From Octopus bimaculoides (lineage: Eukaryota), in assembly GCF_001194135.2 (NCBI RefSeq), contig NC_068983.1:112680271-112744270 (forward strand): DNA of 64,000 nt. The letters are read 5' to 3'. Positions 61,308 to 64,000 of this stretch are shown one piece after another. Under the pieces are notes generated by a model. It had not been told where the DNA came from and ran no database searches. It saw nothing but the letters and a program-made list of their open reading frames with translations. Positions within the stretch are counted from its first letter, which is position 1, and every line of letters begins with the position of its first letter. The position numbers were made by a program, and so were the translations under genes.

Positions 61308-62471
61308 TAAGCTATATACAAACTTATAATACTGTTAGAACTACCACAATCAATTTTATAGAGCAGTATTATTCAACATCTTGAAAATAGTAGCAAACTC
61401 AGGAGAGGTACAATATTTGAGTTTTTATACACTATGAATAAAGAATGAATGGTTATGTCATGTCTAAATTAAGTTTGATAAATAGGTTTGCACATTCGGG
61501 ATTGATCTAGGGCCAAGAACTACTATTACCTTCCCCCGAGCACTTTAAGGGCTTATATATTACATGACTTGACTACATGTAAGTATATATCTATATAGAA
61601 ATTATTATTGGCATGAAAAAAATTCTAATCATAAATCTAGTGAGTAAGTAACATTAGTTGGAAAATATTTAATGTTTTCTAGAACAAAAACAAAAATGAT
61701 GAATCATGAAATATCACAACAATGATGAAATAAGGAAAATGGGATTTAAAGAAAAAATACAAAATACTCATAAAATCAAATCAAAGAAACATCATATTGC
61801 ATTGACCCCACTTTTTAATATTAATGTCACCAGAAATTTCCTAATATTCATAAAAATATTTTTTCATTGACCACAAAAAGCTTGTACAATTGTGCAATTG
61901 TTCATCAGAAACAACATAAGGATTAGTTATAGTTGAACCAGAAACATTCCATGTAGTAAATGAACGAGATAAAAAAGATTTGCACAGATAGGTACTAGGC
62001 AAACACCACCATATGCATGAACCAGCAGCAATGTCACATCATGTTCACCTACTATCAAGTGCCTAAGAAAGAAGCTACTAATACCAGTCACTTTGAAGAA
62101 CATCTTAGAATGGGAAAGTTGATGTAGCTACAGAATTAAACATCAGCTTTGATTCACCCAATGTACATAAGATATATATATATATATGTCTGTATATATG
62201 AATGCATTTACACACACACACGCACACACTCATACATATATATAAAACACTTATGGTATGCAAATTTAGTAGCTCCAGTTTTTCTGTAGCTACTGTAACT
62301 GTTGAGTATATAAACAGACTGGTTGTTTGTTTCTCTGGGATTGGTCAAATTGATGTGAGTACCTCTGATGAGAATCCAATAAATTTTTAAAATTGATTGT
62401 TCATCAGTTTTTTAATCTACAGGAAAATAACTAAATTAACCCCATTTATATAACTACTATATAGGTTATAT

Positions 62472-62769
62472 CAGGGGTTTTCAAACTTTTTGACTTGCGG
62501 ACCCCTTTATATTTCAAGCTTTACCTTAGGGACCCCCTTATAAACGCTTATTGGAATTTATACATAAATATTTGCTTAAAATAACATATATTTTTACATT
62601 TATTTATTTAACAGTATTTAATAAATAGGTTTATTGTCAATTAAAAGATTTCGATTAAAAAACATATATGAAATCAAATTGCCCATAAAAAGTATTTGCT
62701 GTCCACAGACCCCCTGTCTTGTCCTTGTGGACCCCCTGTGGTCCACGGACCACAGTTTGAAAACCCCTG
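62472..62769. mobile_element. 298-bp hAT (Charlie-like) MITE
   Basis: Perfect 16-bp TIR caggggttttcaaact / agtttgaaaacccctg and perfect 8-bp TSD ggttatat (62464-62471, 62770-62777). Confidence 0.95.
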
Positions 62770-63429
62770 GGTTATATTATATATATGTTATGTATATATA
62801 CATATATATGATTATCAACAAGGAGAGTGAAGTGAGCAAGTTGTTTCTTTACAATAATTTCCAATTGCTTCACTGATATAGAAACTCAAGACTAATGTTA
62901 TATTATTACATAATATATGCAACTATAGATTTAACCTGTATTATTATATTTCATTGGGTTTGTGATATGGTGCATATAAACCAGTTTTCAGTTCCAGTGA
63001 TACATCCAAGAAATTCACTGATCAGTAACTATTTTCTGTGTATTATTGCCTCTTTGGCTTGTCATAGTGTGACAGTTGTAAATGAGTATCATTGTCATGG
63101 AAGTGGTATCCTTCATTTCCAATAACATGTCTGGACATGTGGAAATGTGTAATGGAGGGGGACTTGAGTCCATGTGATACAGAAGCGAACTTCTTGACCA
63201 TGACCATATTTCTATATATATATATATATCAATAATTATATCTGAACCTTTACAGACATTATGCTGGTCCATATTATCCCTCTTGCATTCCACACACGCA
63301 TACAAGTAGATAGGTAGATAAATTTAATCTTTTATTTGTTTTGGGTAGTGACTATATCTTAATAATATATATACTTGTGTGTGTGTGTGTATATTTTTTA
63401 TAATATGTATTTATTTTTGCTTAATTAAT

Positions 63430-63935
63430 AATTAACTCCGATAAAATAGATTGGTTAATAGATACCAGGGTAGCAAAGATCACAAGATGACTGTGGTGTA
63501 ACTCCTGTTTATGAGGTAGAAATTCCTGTTATTTTGAGTATTTAAGTAAATATAAAATTTAATAAATGGAGTAATATGCATATGTTAAACGAATTCTTTT
63601 ATTTCCGATATATGTTTCAAAGATTACAAATGGTTCCTTCTAAAGGAATAAGTGATGTTGATAAAGATGTAATCTTCTCTTCAGAGGAATATATAGGATC
63701 CGACTTAACCGTAAGACATTTTAACCGAATATGATAACTGTGGGAAGAGAAGATTGCTACCTATCTTATTTGAAAAAACTGTTGGAGGTTGCAACACTAT
63801 GAGACAGTACGTTGGACAAGGAGGGAAGAAAAGAAGGAAAAGAAGAAATTTAGAGTTAAGAATGGGAAGTCAATAAAATGATTTAAAACCCGATAAAAAT
63901 GGGAGAAGAGTGTTTTATGTATAATGGGACCGCAA
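63430..63935. promoter_or_regulatory. CpG-retaining non-repeat patch, possible promoter / first-exon region
   Basis: Nine CpGs by my count in about 500 bp with no recognisable TE, against very sparse CpG in the flanking non-TE DNA. Confidence 0.3.
63630..63710 (+). CDS. candidate first coding exon of a divergent plus-strand gene (MVPSKGISDVDKDVIFSSEEYIGSDLT)
   Basis: ATG, 27 open codons and an acc|gtaaga donor inside the CpG patch. Confidence 0.3.
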
Positions 63936-64000
63936 AGGGGAATTAATCTTGTATGTATACATGTAGTGTTGACATAAATGTCCACAAGTATATATATATA

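Noticed and set aside
62365-62407. ctgatga...tcatcag, hammerhead-core-like
   Set aside because: No GAAA or stem III; only a short inverted repeat.

Overview
Eukaryotic, strongly AT-rich, microsatellite-dense genomic DNA with four N-gaps. By inference from the tRNA-derived SINE families and overall composition it is most likely an octopod cephalopod. There are no prokaryotic genes, operons, rRNA, intact tRNA genes or CRISPR arrays. Nearly all ORFs in the supplied track are artefacts of microsatellites, gaps or antisense TE sequence. The window looks like introns of an unidentified minus-strand protein-coding gene. Small GT-AG exons are phase-compatible at 18165-12554, with weaker candidates at 59830-52459 and below 12.3 kb. 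The introns are filled with transposon relics: five SINE-like families, a full-length TA-flanked mariner carrying a nested SINE, further mariner and maT fragments, TTAA and hAT MITEs, R4/Dong, Hero, RTE and CR1/Jockey-group LINE fragments, and a gag/ORF1-only CCHC element. The most unusual structure is at 6666-7211: a 356-bp unit with 26-bp terminal redundancy carrying a Penelope-type minimal hammerhead ribozyme motif, plus a ~166-bp inverted copy that begins next to the predicted cleavage site. All family assignments come from motifs I recognised by eye; no database search was run.
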